A stretch of 64,000 nt of DNA from Eukaryota sp. TZLM1-RC (Eukaryota > Protista > Metamonada: BaSk clade): positions 1,860,001-1,924,000 of the forward strand of contig JAUPSS010000003.1 of NCBI GenBank assembly GCA_040285825.1, given 5' to 3'. The first letter of the stretch is position 1. Every line of letters starts with the position of its first letter. Both the position numbers and the translations under genes were made by a program. The notes under the pieces were generated by a model. The model ran no database searches, had not been told where the DNA came from, and saw only the letters and a program-made list of their open reading frames with translations. Below, in pieces: positions 37,501 through 46,629 of the stretch.

Positions 37501-37677
37501 GCTTCCCTCGGACCCAGTTGTCAAGGGTTGTTCTGGTCCCGACTGAGGAGTTCGGGAGGAAGAACTCGAAGAGTGAGACGTAGGAGGATCAGTCCTAACA
37601 GTCTCGGAGTTGTCATTGGAACCACCCAAAGGTGATCCAATACGTATTGATGATCTGCGGGTGTTATGACGGGACAT
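34525..37677 (-). CDS. gag: Gag, 1050 aa, Pro/Ser-rich N-terminus
   Basis: C-terminal CRFCGIPGHSNNEC knuckle and RG-rich tail; first ORF after the 5' LTR. Confidence 0.9.
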   Translation of the reverse strand: MSRHNTRRSSIRIGSPLGGSNDNSETVRTDPPTSHSSSSSSRTPQSGPEQPLTTGSEGSNASPPPVLIPPSGDSVTQPNVSSSSSQTPLLGTEQPTGGERSDTSSQPSGQGSTPSTDDVPVVPISLPVPPANVENFVPLSPPPGSEGEVEDSLLGPEQFCTLDEYLKYIINQTDPDSASNKISELLKLKRVEPPFPPIVCAPVAPSTSSREAPGEGQQAPSIPSMEVPMESSPPQQPAPPAVPAGNSNPTTSFREVPVAGPPNTSAPTTVAPTEVHSTPSVPPSGVPTRGIIHIPPTSGQTPQQGHVVSSVPAAWQVLSAAQPNTYQAPSQPQESDSPFISTQQRTEAQTLVLNAGIELMLGDPASIPPNELIAALPPFWGPEVVNDHGFRIRRRIGPYFPTEEVDNLTVRCDPPPNYPQRETVGGFRTPREGVQRIFAGDELNLFLNRFNPCPFPRFSPGYNASLDIYINRDFRTGWWYTYTTNYQRLYLQDRRTDHCASYFGPEHRRNRPLRDALMNVQENIGVTNSSSLLWVNIDGNAQSYYPSDYDPVELRTSEPDPVETDTVFSSLSIEPQDDQQQDEPMATTDTVESVQQPVIAQSQDPSTPSQVPQDPRLLGATPSNTPIASQYSNTLLMEAMASSQDRDRDRQRGGRPRKPTLEANDISDPVRILKFIDRFILYARTERTIEERDINESDPIQVRLAREVSELRRQLEERSRPPATPQSISRENRNLPLDQRYGNPLHEWDRFRAAAQVDPRRIASCVTPECLAALRAQGRFSSMSDSISAIDNINKEQIWESILHLSQYSTLETARNQLYRVQMNWNIQDFRNRWGDFTVRLMRTVSRSTAISDVRASDRALYGQHFLQRIQNWEIATHMIDSVGIQAISDNLRTVWSTPNVWQHHTLQQFVDILAAEYMSWCSARSYDEQRANISDSYQQHMGHYVRANSKDKKRIGKFKSAGSSVAPAQLTKRSKSQIKKERDKAGLCRFCGIPGHSNNECPDPDCQRSKQWRDANPDAVRAYLARGSSSSSRGRGRRRGRGKGPSSSN

Positions 37678-37801
37678 GACCTTATATGAAAAGTAGAGTA
37701 ATTTATTACCAGGGAATGAGGATTTCCCTTAACTTAAGCGCATGGGCGCAATAATACTATAACTATCAATAAACTATTATAAATATTATCCAAGGCTAAC
37801 A
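37648..37801 (-). repeat. 5' LTR
   Basis: Direct repeat of 28396-28560; contains the gag ATG at 37677. Confidence 0.93.
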
Positions 37802-38564
37802 TAATCAGAATGATGAGGTAGCATTTGATGAGACTTTCATCAATCTTGTTGATTATAAAGAGATGCAATTCGTTTGCTTGGCTCCTATTTTGGAAACAAT
37901 GAAAAAATTAAATCGATTTTGACAGGCATATTAAGTGTTACAAATTTAGTTGCATAGTAGAACGGTTGTTGAAGCATTATTCTGATAATAATTTAATTGA
38001 TTCACGTCGAGGCGATTTAATTGCTCCTTTTGTGGATTCCTCTCAAGTTGTTGTTGATTTTACTACAGTTGATCCCTTTGCTTGTTTTATCGTGATGATG
38101 TTTTAGTTAGTTCTAATGGTCACTTGAACAATGCTGAGGTTCGTAAACGAGACCAATATGCTGAGTTATTCAATGATCTAAATAAGAACCTTTACTCGAA
38201 GTTTTTCGTTTGTTCCTTTTGCCTTCTCGATTTTTGGCAACATTGGTTAGTCTGCCTTCAATTTAGCAGATTCAAAACCTAAATCTTTAAACCAAGATGC
38301 TTTGTTTTAAAGGCTAAGCGACTACCAAAATTCGAAATGTCATTCAAAATACAAGAACAAGAACAATAACCAAACTAACTAACAACTAACTGTTTTTACT
38401 AAAAACATGCTTTATTAAACAAGATTCCCTCAATTTCTTTATTAAAAATTATAAAAAACCTAATTAAAAGTAAATAGAGAGCCCTACACAGTCTAATCCT
38501 TTAAAATAAAGCTTAAGCTAGTTTAAAAAAAGACTCTACTTAAGATAAATATATTTTACGAAGA

Positions 38565-38659
38565 GTGATTTCGGCCTTCTTGATTTGTTTACGGACGGAA
38601 GAACCGTAACGTACACCGTACTTACCGACAATACCGACCTTCTTAGTGTGTTTGTCCAT
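38565..38659 (-). pseudogene. Truncated eL43 duplicate (first ~32 codons)
   Basis: Matches 25535-25629 except A2D; keeps the upstream intron and promoter region. Confidence 0.9.
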
Positions 38660-38896
38660 GTCTATTGTTAGCTAGAGTGTGATTTGAGTCATACTGAAAG
38701 TAGAGGAAGAAGAGGGATTTTGTCCTCGCCCGCCTTGCCACTCCGCTGATTATTCATGCTGATCATTCGTGGATCCTTTTGCTGGTATTTCTGTGTCATT
38801 TAGTAGAGTTAGGTGTATACCATTGTATCTTCTTCTATGTTAAACTGCAGGTTTAGATTAAACATGGACGCTACTTAAGATAAATATATTTTACAA

Positions 38897-40972
38897 TCAA
38901 GAATCTATTGAATAACGTTGTCGCATTGTACTAAATTGCTCACGAAGTTTCTTCAAGTTCTCTTCAAAACTAGGTTTAGCACCTTCTGAGTTCAATGAAG
39001 GTCTCTCCTTTTGCAGGCTACTGTGTATGGTACTCAATCTATTAGTGAAACTGTTTGAATCTTCAGCTGTTGTGGGAGATGATTCTCTGAATTCATGGAC
39101 GGTTGAACTAAAAGGTTTACTTAAAGGAGACCTTGGTGAGGCAGGAACACTGTGAGCAAGTTCCAAATGACGTTTTCTCAGCGTCTTTAGCTCCTGCGTA
39201 AGAGCATCTCTTTCTGATTCCAAGGATTCCACTTTACTTTCTAAATCACGTACTTTTGCTTCGGCAGAGAAGGCCATATCACTATGCTTTTCAGACATAG
39301 TCTTGGCTTCTGCAAGTTCTTTTTTAAGCATTTGAACATGTGAAGAGAGGTTTGTCATTTCCTCTGTAGATGTACTCTCATGTCGTTGAATTGTTTTTTC
39401 AAGTGAAGAAATTCTACCTTGAGATCTCGATAAATCCATTTCTAATTCATTAATTTGTTCATTTTGTTGTTTTAATTTAGAATTTTGGTTTTCCAGCAAC
39501 TTTTCCATTTCAGAAATTTCTTTTTTCAAACTTTCATTCCTTTCTTTTTCTTTTAAAAGTTCATTTTCCATTTCATTTACAGATCCAATTTTAGATTCTT
39601 GCATAGTCAACGTTTTTTCTTGCGTTCTTAATTGGGATAGCAAAATCCTTGACTGTAAGGCAGCACTTGCTTCAGCTTCAACTGCCTGTTCTAGTTCTTC
39701 TTTCATTACTTTAATTTTATCCCGAGCTTCCTGTAAATTGGTTTCAGTAACTGATGACGTGGATCTTAAATCAGAAATGATTGATTCAGCCTCACGAAGT
39801 TGCTTACCAAGAGAGTTAATTTCAGAAGAATATTCATCGCAATCTTTAGATAAAGCCAAAACTTCTGAATTTAACGAATCCACCTTATTTTCCAGGTCAT
39901 TTATAACAATAACATTATCATCACGCTCAGAAGTCAACTCTATTATGAGCTCTTCCTTATCACCCAGCTTGTCAGTGAGCTCTTCTACACGTGCTTTTGA
40001 TTGATCTAGATGTGATTGGAGATCTTGATTTAATGAAAAAGCTCTACCAAGTTGTTTTTCGAGTGAAGATTTCTCGTTTTCTAACGTCGATTCTGACTGG
40101 GAAAGTTCATCAATTCTTGATTGATTGGATTGATTGAGAGTTTTTAACTGTTTGATTTCTCCATCTTTGGCCCTTTTAACTTGCTCCAGCTCAGTAATTA
40201 GCTTTTGTTTAGAATCTTCAAGAATTCCAACATTTGATCGTAATTCATCTATTTCATTAGTCAATTGTGAATTATTTTGCTTTAACAAATTAATTTCTTC
40301 ATCTTTTTCCATTGATACTTGTTCTAATTCTTCAGTCAAAAAGTTCTTTTCTTCTTCACTTTTCCTTGCTTGATTGAGAGCATCTTCCTGGGCTTGTTGG
40401 CTTTCCCTAGCATAATCCAATAGAGCAGCCTTTTCTTCTTCGAGAGTGGATATCCTAGTTTCTAATGAATCCATTTTGGATTCATAACTGTCAATTTTAC
40501 CTTCAATTGATTTGGTATCGAGTGCATTTTTAAGGACATCGATATAGGCTTTAGACTCTTGGTTAGAGGTTTCTTCCCGCCGTAACGCTTCACGCAGTCT
40601 TCTGATTTCTGATTGAAGCTCAGAAATTTGTCTATTTTGAGCTGATGACGTGGGTGTGGAGACGGTAGAGCGACGTTGATTTTCACGAACTTGTCTTCGT
40701 AGGTTGGTGATTTCTTGAGTAAGTTCCTTTGACTCGGAACGAAGTCGTTCTAGTTGAGAAGTTTGGTCAGCAATTGTTTGAGCCTGTCGTTGAACCTTAG
40801 CCCCAAGTTTTTTGTTGTAATCATTGGCGATTTTGGCTTCCTGAATGAGAGAAGTATCAGGCTCTTCTACGTTGGAGGACATCATGGAAGGATGAAGGGG
40901 AGGTTTTGAAGATACATAGGATGAAGGTGGGGAATCTGGTGGGCATTCATATCCATCAAAGGTGAAACTCAT
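38897..40972 (-). CDS. Long coiled-coil protein, copy 2 (691 aa from ATG 40972)
   Basis: Only a few substitutions versus 23217..25295 after the first ~11 residues. Confidence 0.85.
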   Translation of the reverse strand: MSFTFDGYECPPDSPPSSYVSSKPPLHPSMMSSNVEEPDTSLIQEAKIANDYNKKLGAKVQRQAQTIADQTSQLERLRSESKELTQEITNLRRQVRENQRRSTVSTPTSSAQNRQISELQSEIRRLREALRREETSNQESKAYIDVLKNALDTKSIEGKIDSYESKMDSLETRISTLEEEKAALLDYARESQQAQEDALNQARKSEEEKNFLTEELEQVSMEKDEEINLLKQNNSQLTNEIDELRSNVGILEDSKQKLITELEQVKRAKDGEIKQLKTLNQSNQSRIDELSQSESTLENEKSSLEKQLGRAFSLNQDLQSHLDQSKARVEELTDKLGDKEELIIELTSERDDNVIVINDLENKVDSLNSEVLALSKDCDEYSSEINSLGKQLREAESIISDLRSTSSVTETNLQEARDKIKVMKEELEQAVEAEASAALQSRILLSQLRTQEKTLTMQESKIGSVNEMENELLKEKERNESLKKEISEMEKLLENQNSKLKQQNEQINELEMDLSRSQGRISSLEKTIQRHESTSTEEMTNLSSHVQMLKKELAEAKTMSEKHSDMAFSAEAKVRDLESKVESLESERDALTQELKTLRKRHLELAHSVPASPRSPLSKPFSSTVHEFRESSPTTAEDSNSFTNRLSTIHSSLQKERPSLNSEGAKPSFEENLKKLREQFSTMRQRYSIDS

Positions 40973-41819
40973 CAAAGACAGGTGTAGGGATAGATGGACT
41001 TGCTCTTGAATTTTCACAATTTATCAACGTCTTTTGTTTCACGAATATTTTTATTTATTTCAATGAAATAAATCAACATCTCAATAATTTATCCCTGTCA
41101 AAAAAACACTAGAGTACAACAAAAACTGCTTTTCTTTTGGCATAATTGAAAACATTTTTGAATTATCGTGTTGGTTTCAAAAATATATTGGACTTTTAGA
41201 CTATGGTTTGGAAAATAAATTAAAATATTACAAAAAATAGATTCGATTTTTCCTTGATGAGGTGCGAATTTTGGCATATGGTGACTAACATTGAAGTGCA
41301 AAAGTTCTTTCAATGACACTGTGTAACGTTGTCTGCATTTAAGCAGAAGAAAATATCGAGAAGAAATCATCGGCTTTGAGATTCTAATAGGAGCAATTGG
41401 GGAAAACATACAAGAATCTAACAAATGTTATACAATATTTTCAAATAATTTGAGAGCATGAGCACATTTAGTTCAAACGTTCTCAACAATTGTATCTAGG
41501 AAATTGATGTTGTTGTTCAAATACAATCAATTATTACAATTACATTGGTCTAAAAAATGATGAAGGCAGTGAGGTTTAATCGTCCGTGTCCATTGCGTTA
41601 TGCATTGTTATTAAAACTGTTTTTCTCTAGGTATTGCCATGTAAAACTTAGTTTTGTGTTGTGTTCTTCTGGGTTATCATTTACTTTCACAATATTTTTC
41701 ACCGATTGTAATCATGAATTACAATTGTATAATATTGCTATTCACGCGTGTCGTCTTTTTAGAACTATATATCATAACAAAAATTAGTAATTTAGGTTGC
41801 TCAGAAAACTACGAGTACA

Positions 41820-42140
41820 TATTTATTGAATTTCCACACTTAACAAAATAAATTCATAACTAATGAGCGAAATTCTTTTAACCAAGACTTTCTCTGCAGA
41901 AGCTTGATCTACTTGCTGCCTCGCTACCGCTTCTCTAATTCGCTTGAAAAACCGAGGTAATCTATTAATAATGGCAAATTGAATTCGAGAGCGCCATACA
42001 AAAATATCAAATCTTTTCATTGTTTTTTCTCGAATGACTTTTTGACAATCATTCAACAAAATTCCTGCTTCTACTGATAGTCCTTCGTTTATTGAAAATG
42101 GGAAAGCAATAAAAACCAGTGGTGTATCTCTATCAGCAGG
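41820..42140 (-). mobile_element. Diverged family A non-LTR 3' fragment
   Basis: LVFIAFPFSIN..WRSRIQFAIINRLPRF plus the family tail. Confidence 0.8.
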
Positions 42141-42680
42141 AACTCCTCTTTTCCCCATAATGTACAGGAGCGCCAGTTTTAAGGTATTGTGTTCAAAAAT
42201 TTCAATAAAAATCAACAATAATTTTTGAAGGCTGGGATTTTGATGTTCGTCTTGACTCGGCCAGAAATGATATCCCCGCTTTAACTGGGTTACGACAAAG
42301 AGGACGTAAGTGAAACTAATGGTTTGTCAGTCTTGGTTAGTGAATGGGAAGTAGTTTCGCTCAATGTTCCTAAAGAACGACGTATTTTAGAATGGCCAAG
42401 GGTTCACCAGCTAGTTCAAGGCAGTGTTGTTAAAGGAAAGGATTATGGTTGTTTTGAGCAAAAATTTTGTGATGGTTGGTAGATTTGATTATTAAAAATG
42501 TATTATTGAAGCTGCTTCAACAATGATCATTTTTTATGGATTTTTACATTTTTTTGAAAAGTTATTTTGCTGATTTGTTGGGAATTGTTCATTGAATTGT
42601 GCGGTTGTGATTTGATTTTGTTTATTTGTAAATAAATTTCGAATAAAAGATAGTCTTTTTATTATATAATTATTAGAAAA

Positions 42681-43223
42681 TCATGAAAGAAAATCCTTAT
42701 AGCATGACTTACAAATATTTTCAATTACAGGAAATAAATTATCACCTACAGTCTGGTTAATGTTACCCTTGTCAAGACTGCAACTGAAATAATCTACTAA
42801 GGGTCGAAAATAAGAATGGTCACCAATAGTACAAAATAGATAACGTGGATTAAACTCTGCTGATCGTTCCAAAACCGTTTCCCACCTGTCCTCCCACTGA
42901 GACTCTTGGGAAGAGGAGAAGGGTAGATCATCCACCCCACAGTTGAATTTTGTACCATGAGGGGGTGATAACCCAAGAATAGAAATTAAATTAAAACTAG
43001 TGGCTTTAGGTTGAGATAAAAGCTCCAAAGCAGCTCCAACAGCAGAGCAGATATCGACTGGATTATTTGCATAATCATGCCTAGTGACTAATGGTATTAT
43101 TCCCTCAATTCTAGAATGTGTATCAGAATCAGGACTTAGATTTAATGAGTTGCATGGAATGGAGCGAAAGAGAGAACAATCTAGAGTAGTGAGTAAGTCA
43201 AGAAATCTACTAATATGGGTGTG
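42681..43223 (-). CDS. Open 180-codon frame resembling a VWA domain; probable last exon of the 43246..46629 gene
   Basis: No in-frame ATG; PVDICSAVGAALELL..ISILGLSPPHG..YLFCTIG; in-frame 37-43 nt GT-AG introns can bypass the upstream TAG. Confidence 0.5.
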   Translation of the reverse strand, partial: HTHISRFLDLLTTLDCSLFRSIPCNSLNLSPDSDTHSRIEGIIPLVTRHDYANNPVDICSAVGAALELLSQPKATSFNLISILGLSPPHGTKFNCGVDDLPFSSSQESQWEDRWETVLERSAEFNPRYLFCTIGDHSYFRPLVDYFSCSLDKGNINQTVGDNLFPVIENICKSCYKDFLS

Positions 43224-43245
43224 CTAATACACGTCATAAACAAAG

Positions 43246-46200
43246 CTACTTGGTAACTACAAACCAATTACGTTCTCCTAAACCATCATATACACACTTA
43301 TACAAACAGGTTGTTGTATATATTAAAAAAGGATTATTAGATGACCATTCCATAGATGCAGTCCAGACAACCAACCTTTCGTTACTAAGGACAACTCCAA
43401 GTGAAGGCTCAATCACACACCGCTGCAATGATATTGGTTGGACTGTCGTTGTGTTCCATGTAATGAACAAACGCAAATTTTCCAACCATTCGGGAAGACA
43501 TATGTGTCTACAGTATTGAACAAAAGCAAGAAAAGACTTGACAGTATCTCTAGAATCAATATCAAGACCAATTGAGGCTAGAATTTTACAACCACACAGC
43601 ACCGCATAGTCCAATTCAGTTAATCTACAGTGTTGGTTCACTGTTGGAACATCCACTGCAAAGAACACTTTCCTTCTTGTACAATGTTCTGAACTTACCA
43701 AATAAGACATTAATTCGGAAAACAAACTGGTTTGAATAGCATCAATGAGTAACACAGCTTCAACAAGGAACGCAAGTGAGTGGATTGTATTCGGTTCCGC
43801 AAGATCTTCATCAAAATCAAAAAATCCACAGGAAGCTAATCGGGATAAATAAGGACGACCGTTGTTGCTATCCACGTCCAATTGGATCAACGACGAAATG
43901 CTTACTTGATCTACTAGGCGTGCAACATCTGAACGACAATCATTCATTATTTCACTCTTGGTCTGATGATTAGGATTGTCTCGAAAATGTTCAAATAGAG
44001 AAATAATGATTTTGAAAATACCAGATAGAATGAAACTGTTATTAAAATCATCTTTCTTTTGCTCAGAGAAGTTTTCACTGCCATACATAAAACTATCCAA
44101 ACCTTCAAGATATAACTGAAAACTGAAAACTAAGCGGTCAACCTTGCTGCTTCCGCTCACCAATCCAGAGTAGCGGTACAAATCTGCTAACGAAACAACA
44201 AACTTTGCATCACTGCCACTGCAGTTCCTGTAGCCAGAATGAACAATCTCAACCATATTGAAAACTTCCTCACAATTTCTGTGATTGATTCTTACTCTTT
44301 TTAAAAGCCTCGTCATGGAATGAAAGACACCAATTCTTTGTCTCACAAATTGTTCCCCTTTTGCAATATCTTCAATCAACTGCCAATGGCTCAAAAGCTT
44401 AGTGGCACCATCACTGTCACCTAGGGTGTCTAGTGTCTGAGATGGTGAACATTCTCTATTGAAAACATTCAATTCTTCAACGATGTGACCTTCTAAACTT
44501 AAAATTGGTACAAATAATTTGGTAACAATTAGGTGATGACATTTGTGCTCAGATAGCATATCGCTAATGGCACTAAAAAAGCAAATAGTTCCCTTTAGAT
44601 AATAAGAAATAATGAACTTAGCAACAGAAAGGTTGATGTGGTACTTCGATTCTGAGCGGCTAACAAAACGATCTGATATGGTTGTTTCAAACATTAAAAA
44701 TTGACTTAAGTTAGCATCAACACTACTATTGGAAATTGATTCATAAACCCGTTGTAGTGCCAAAACAAACAAATAATTCTTTTCATTAGGCAAACACTTC
44801 TTCAAAACAGGCATTAACACAGACTTCGCTTTGGAAAATCCACCCGCAAACAACGAAAGACCGAGATACAAGAAATCAGGTGACTCAAAACAGCTCTCGG
44901 TTAAATTTTTGTACCTTAATTCTGGAATACCCAGTATTGTGAGTAGATCTTTGAGTTTTGTGTAGAAATTGGTGTCAGAAAAAACATTAGCACTGTGAGG
45001 AGATACATACTGCAATCCATTTCTTCCACCAGCAATTTTCGTTTGCTGCGTGACAAGATAAATCATAGCCAGTTTCACACCTGAATTTTCCTTAGAAAAA
45101 TTTTTGACAATGAAGTTTAATCGATGTTTCAACCGTGATTGAGTACAGTAGACCACTAGATTGTTGGTCCTATATAATTGCACAACAGATGGTAAATAGC
45201 TGAGAAGTTCATCTGCACTGCTACCCTCATAGACCAGACACTTAGACTGGGTGATACGAGCAATATCACAAAGTGCCAAGAGGATAGATGTATGTCCTCC
45301 ACAACAGTAATCTTGTTTCACGATTTCAATCACTGAACAACTGGTCATAGAGTTGATTTTTTCAAGCAGCTTAGATTGTAGAGAAGAAACACTTTGGTGA
45401 CTTGGAATCAATGTGTCTTTTGTGAACAGTTGTAAGGAAGGCTTGGATCCTTTCAAGAACGATCTTAAACTGGCATTTCGTTCATCTTCTGTAAAAGCTT
45501 CATCAGCTACAGGAAAAACAGTCAAGTTGACTGGTAAGCGCATGTGCAGAAACCTGTGACTATATCGCAGACCGCACTCAGGGACCTGAGTGACATACGG
45601 TAGAAGAACAGCGGATGGAGACAAAAAATGTTTAAGGTTGTCCAACAACTCCGACTCATCATTCGGAAGAACAAAGTCGTCAAGAATTGGTAATAAATGT
45701 TCCGCTCTATTGCGATCATCTGCTTCAATAAGACAGTGAGCTAACAATTTGGGTAATTGAGTTGAGGGAAATTCAAAGATGTAACTATTCCTAACACTTA
45801 GCAAGGAATCGTAATTCAGAGAAGAGTAAGAAATTGTCTTCAGAGTACTAGATCTGAGAACATCAGGGGATAAGGGATCGTCAGCATAGTCAATGAAGGC
45901 TCGGAAGGGGAGACCTAATAGATTGTGCAATAATGTAGGTTTCCATGAAGGAACGTCACCAAAAATAGTACTAGAATTAAAAAGCAATATCATAGTGCTG
46001 AATGATTCCCCCCAGCACTTATTGAATCTAGCAGAATAAGTTTGAAACCAAGAAGATGAAGGGGGAACCATGGACAATTTACGGACAGATGGACCACATC
46101 TCAGGTGAATACCTCGATATTTAGAGTGTACAGCATTAGCTGTGATTTCCAGAGGTGATTGATTGAGACGTATCTCCATCAGAGCAACGGTATTTTCCCC

Positions 46201-46629
46201 TTCAACTGGGTTAAGACAAAGAGGATGTAAGTGAAACTGCACAGGGACATTAAAACAATTGAAGAAATCATTCGTGGCTTCAGTATAGTCCTTGTCGAAT
46301 TCTAGATCACTGACAAGGTCTTGATCCAGTTGATAAGCGAGATGATCTGAAAGACAACGGTTTGGACTGAACTCATCACGAGAAGGTTCTTTCCAATTCA
46401 AAATCATGTAAACTGAATGAAAGCGAGGATTTTTGAGCGAACCATACATAGTGCCAGAGTTGTGTAAACCACACACTGCGTGAAGAAAGCGGTCATAGTG
46501 ATCGCCCGTGAGTCTTGGATCCCACGGAAAGTAGTTCTTGAACTCTAGATCGTGACTCTCAAAGACAGAACCCTTAAAATGAGTGAGATAGAATCGAATT
46601 GCCTTCTCTACTTCTCTCTTGGGGGCCAT
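43246..46629 (-). CDS. SAMD9-like protein (AlbA_2, SIR2-like, degenerate P-loop NTPase, helical), copy 1
   Basis: ESHDLEFK..AVCGLHNSG (AlbA_2), ILLFN..FRAFIDY, FLKGSKPSLQLF, IEIVKQDYCCGGHTSIL, EKNYLFVLAL in SAMD9 order; no SAM domain. Confidence 0.7.
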   Translation of the reverse strand: MAPKREVEKAIRFYLTHFKGSVFESHDLEFKNYFPWDPRLTGDHYDRFLHAVCGLHNSGTMYGSLKNPRFHSVYMILNWKEPSRDEFSPNRCLSDHLAYQLDQDLVSDLEFDKDYTEATNDFFNCFNVPVQFHLHPLCLNPVEGENTVALMEIRLNQSPLEITANAVHSKYRGIHLRCGPSVRKLSMVPPSSSWFQTYSARFNKCWGESFSTMILLFNSSTIFGDVPSWKPTLLHNLLGLPFRAFIDYADDPLSPDVLRSSTLKTISYSSLNYDSLLSVRNSYIFEFPSTQLPKLLAHCLIEADDRNRAEHLLPILDDFVLPNDESELLDNLKHFLSPSAVLLPYVTQVPECGLRYSHRFLHMRLPVNLTVFPVADEAFTEDERNASLRSFLKGSKPSLQLFTKDTLIPSHQSVSSLQSKLLEKINSMTSCSVIEIVKQDYCCGGHTSILLALCDIARITQSKCLVYEGSSADELLSYLPSVVQLYRTNNLVVYCTQSRLKHRLNFIVKNFSKENSGVKLAMIYLVTQQTKIAGGRNGLQYVSPHSANVFSDTNFYTKLKDLLTILGIPELRYKNLTESCFESPDFLYLGLSLFAGGFSKAKSVLMPVLKKCLPNEKNYLFVLALQRVYESISNSSVDANLSQFLMFETTISDRFVSRSESKYHINLSVAKFIISYYLKGTICFFSAISDMLSEHKCHHLIVTKLFVPILSLEGHIVEELNVFNRECSPSQTLDTLGDSDGATKLLSHWQLIEDIAKGEQFVRQRIGVFHSMTRLLKRVRINHRNCEEVFNMVEIVHSGYRNCSGSDAKFVVSLADLYRYSGLVSGSSKVDRLVFSFQLYLEGLDSFMYGSENFSEQKKDDFNNSFILSGIFKIIISLFEHFRDNPNHQTKSEIMNDCRSDVARLVDQVSISSLIQLDVDSNNGRPYLSRLASCGFFDFDEDLAEPNTIHSLAFLVEAVLLIDAIQTSLFSELMSYLVSSEHCTRRKVFFAVDVPTVNQHCRLTELDYAVLCGCKILASIGLDIDSRDTVKSFLAFVQYCRHICLPEWLENLRLFITWNTTTVQPISLQRCVIEPSLGVVLSNERLVVWTASMEWSSNNPFLIYTTTCLYKCVYDGLGERNWFVVTK

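Larger units (their letters stand above)
28396..37801 (-). mobile_element. Ty3/gypsy LTR retrotransposon, full length, carrying a hAT insertion
   Basis: Two LTRs, gag with CCHC, protease DSGA, RT YIDD, RNase H CDASD, integrase H2C2/DDE/GPF, PPT AAAAGAAGAAAGGG next to the 3' LTR. Confidence 0.96.
27775..38260 (+). mobile_element. Family D RLE non-LTR remnant split by the LTR element (27775-28392 and 37802-~38260)
   Basis: RPIAVGE, DFKNTFN, GVKQGD, YADD; FVIG|NQNDEV continues across the insertion and matches the uninterrupted IVGNQNVEV at ~59400-59430. Confidence 0.85.
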
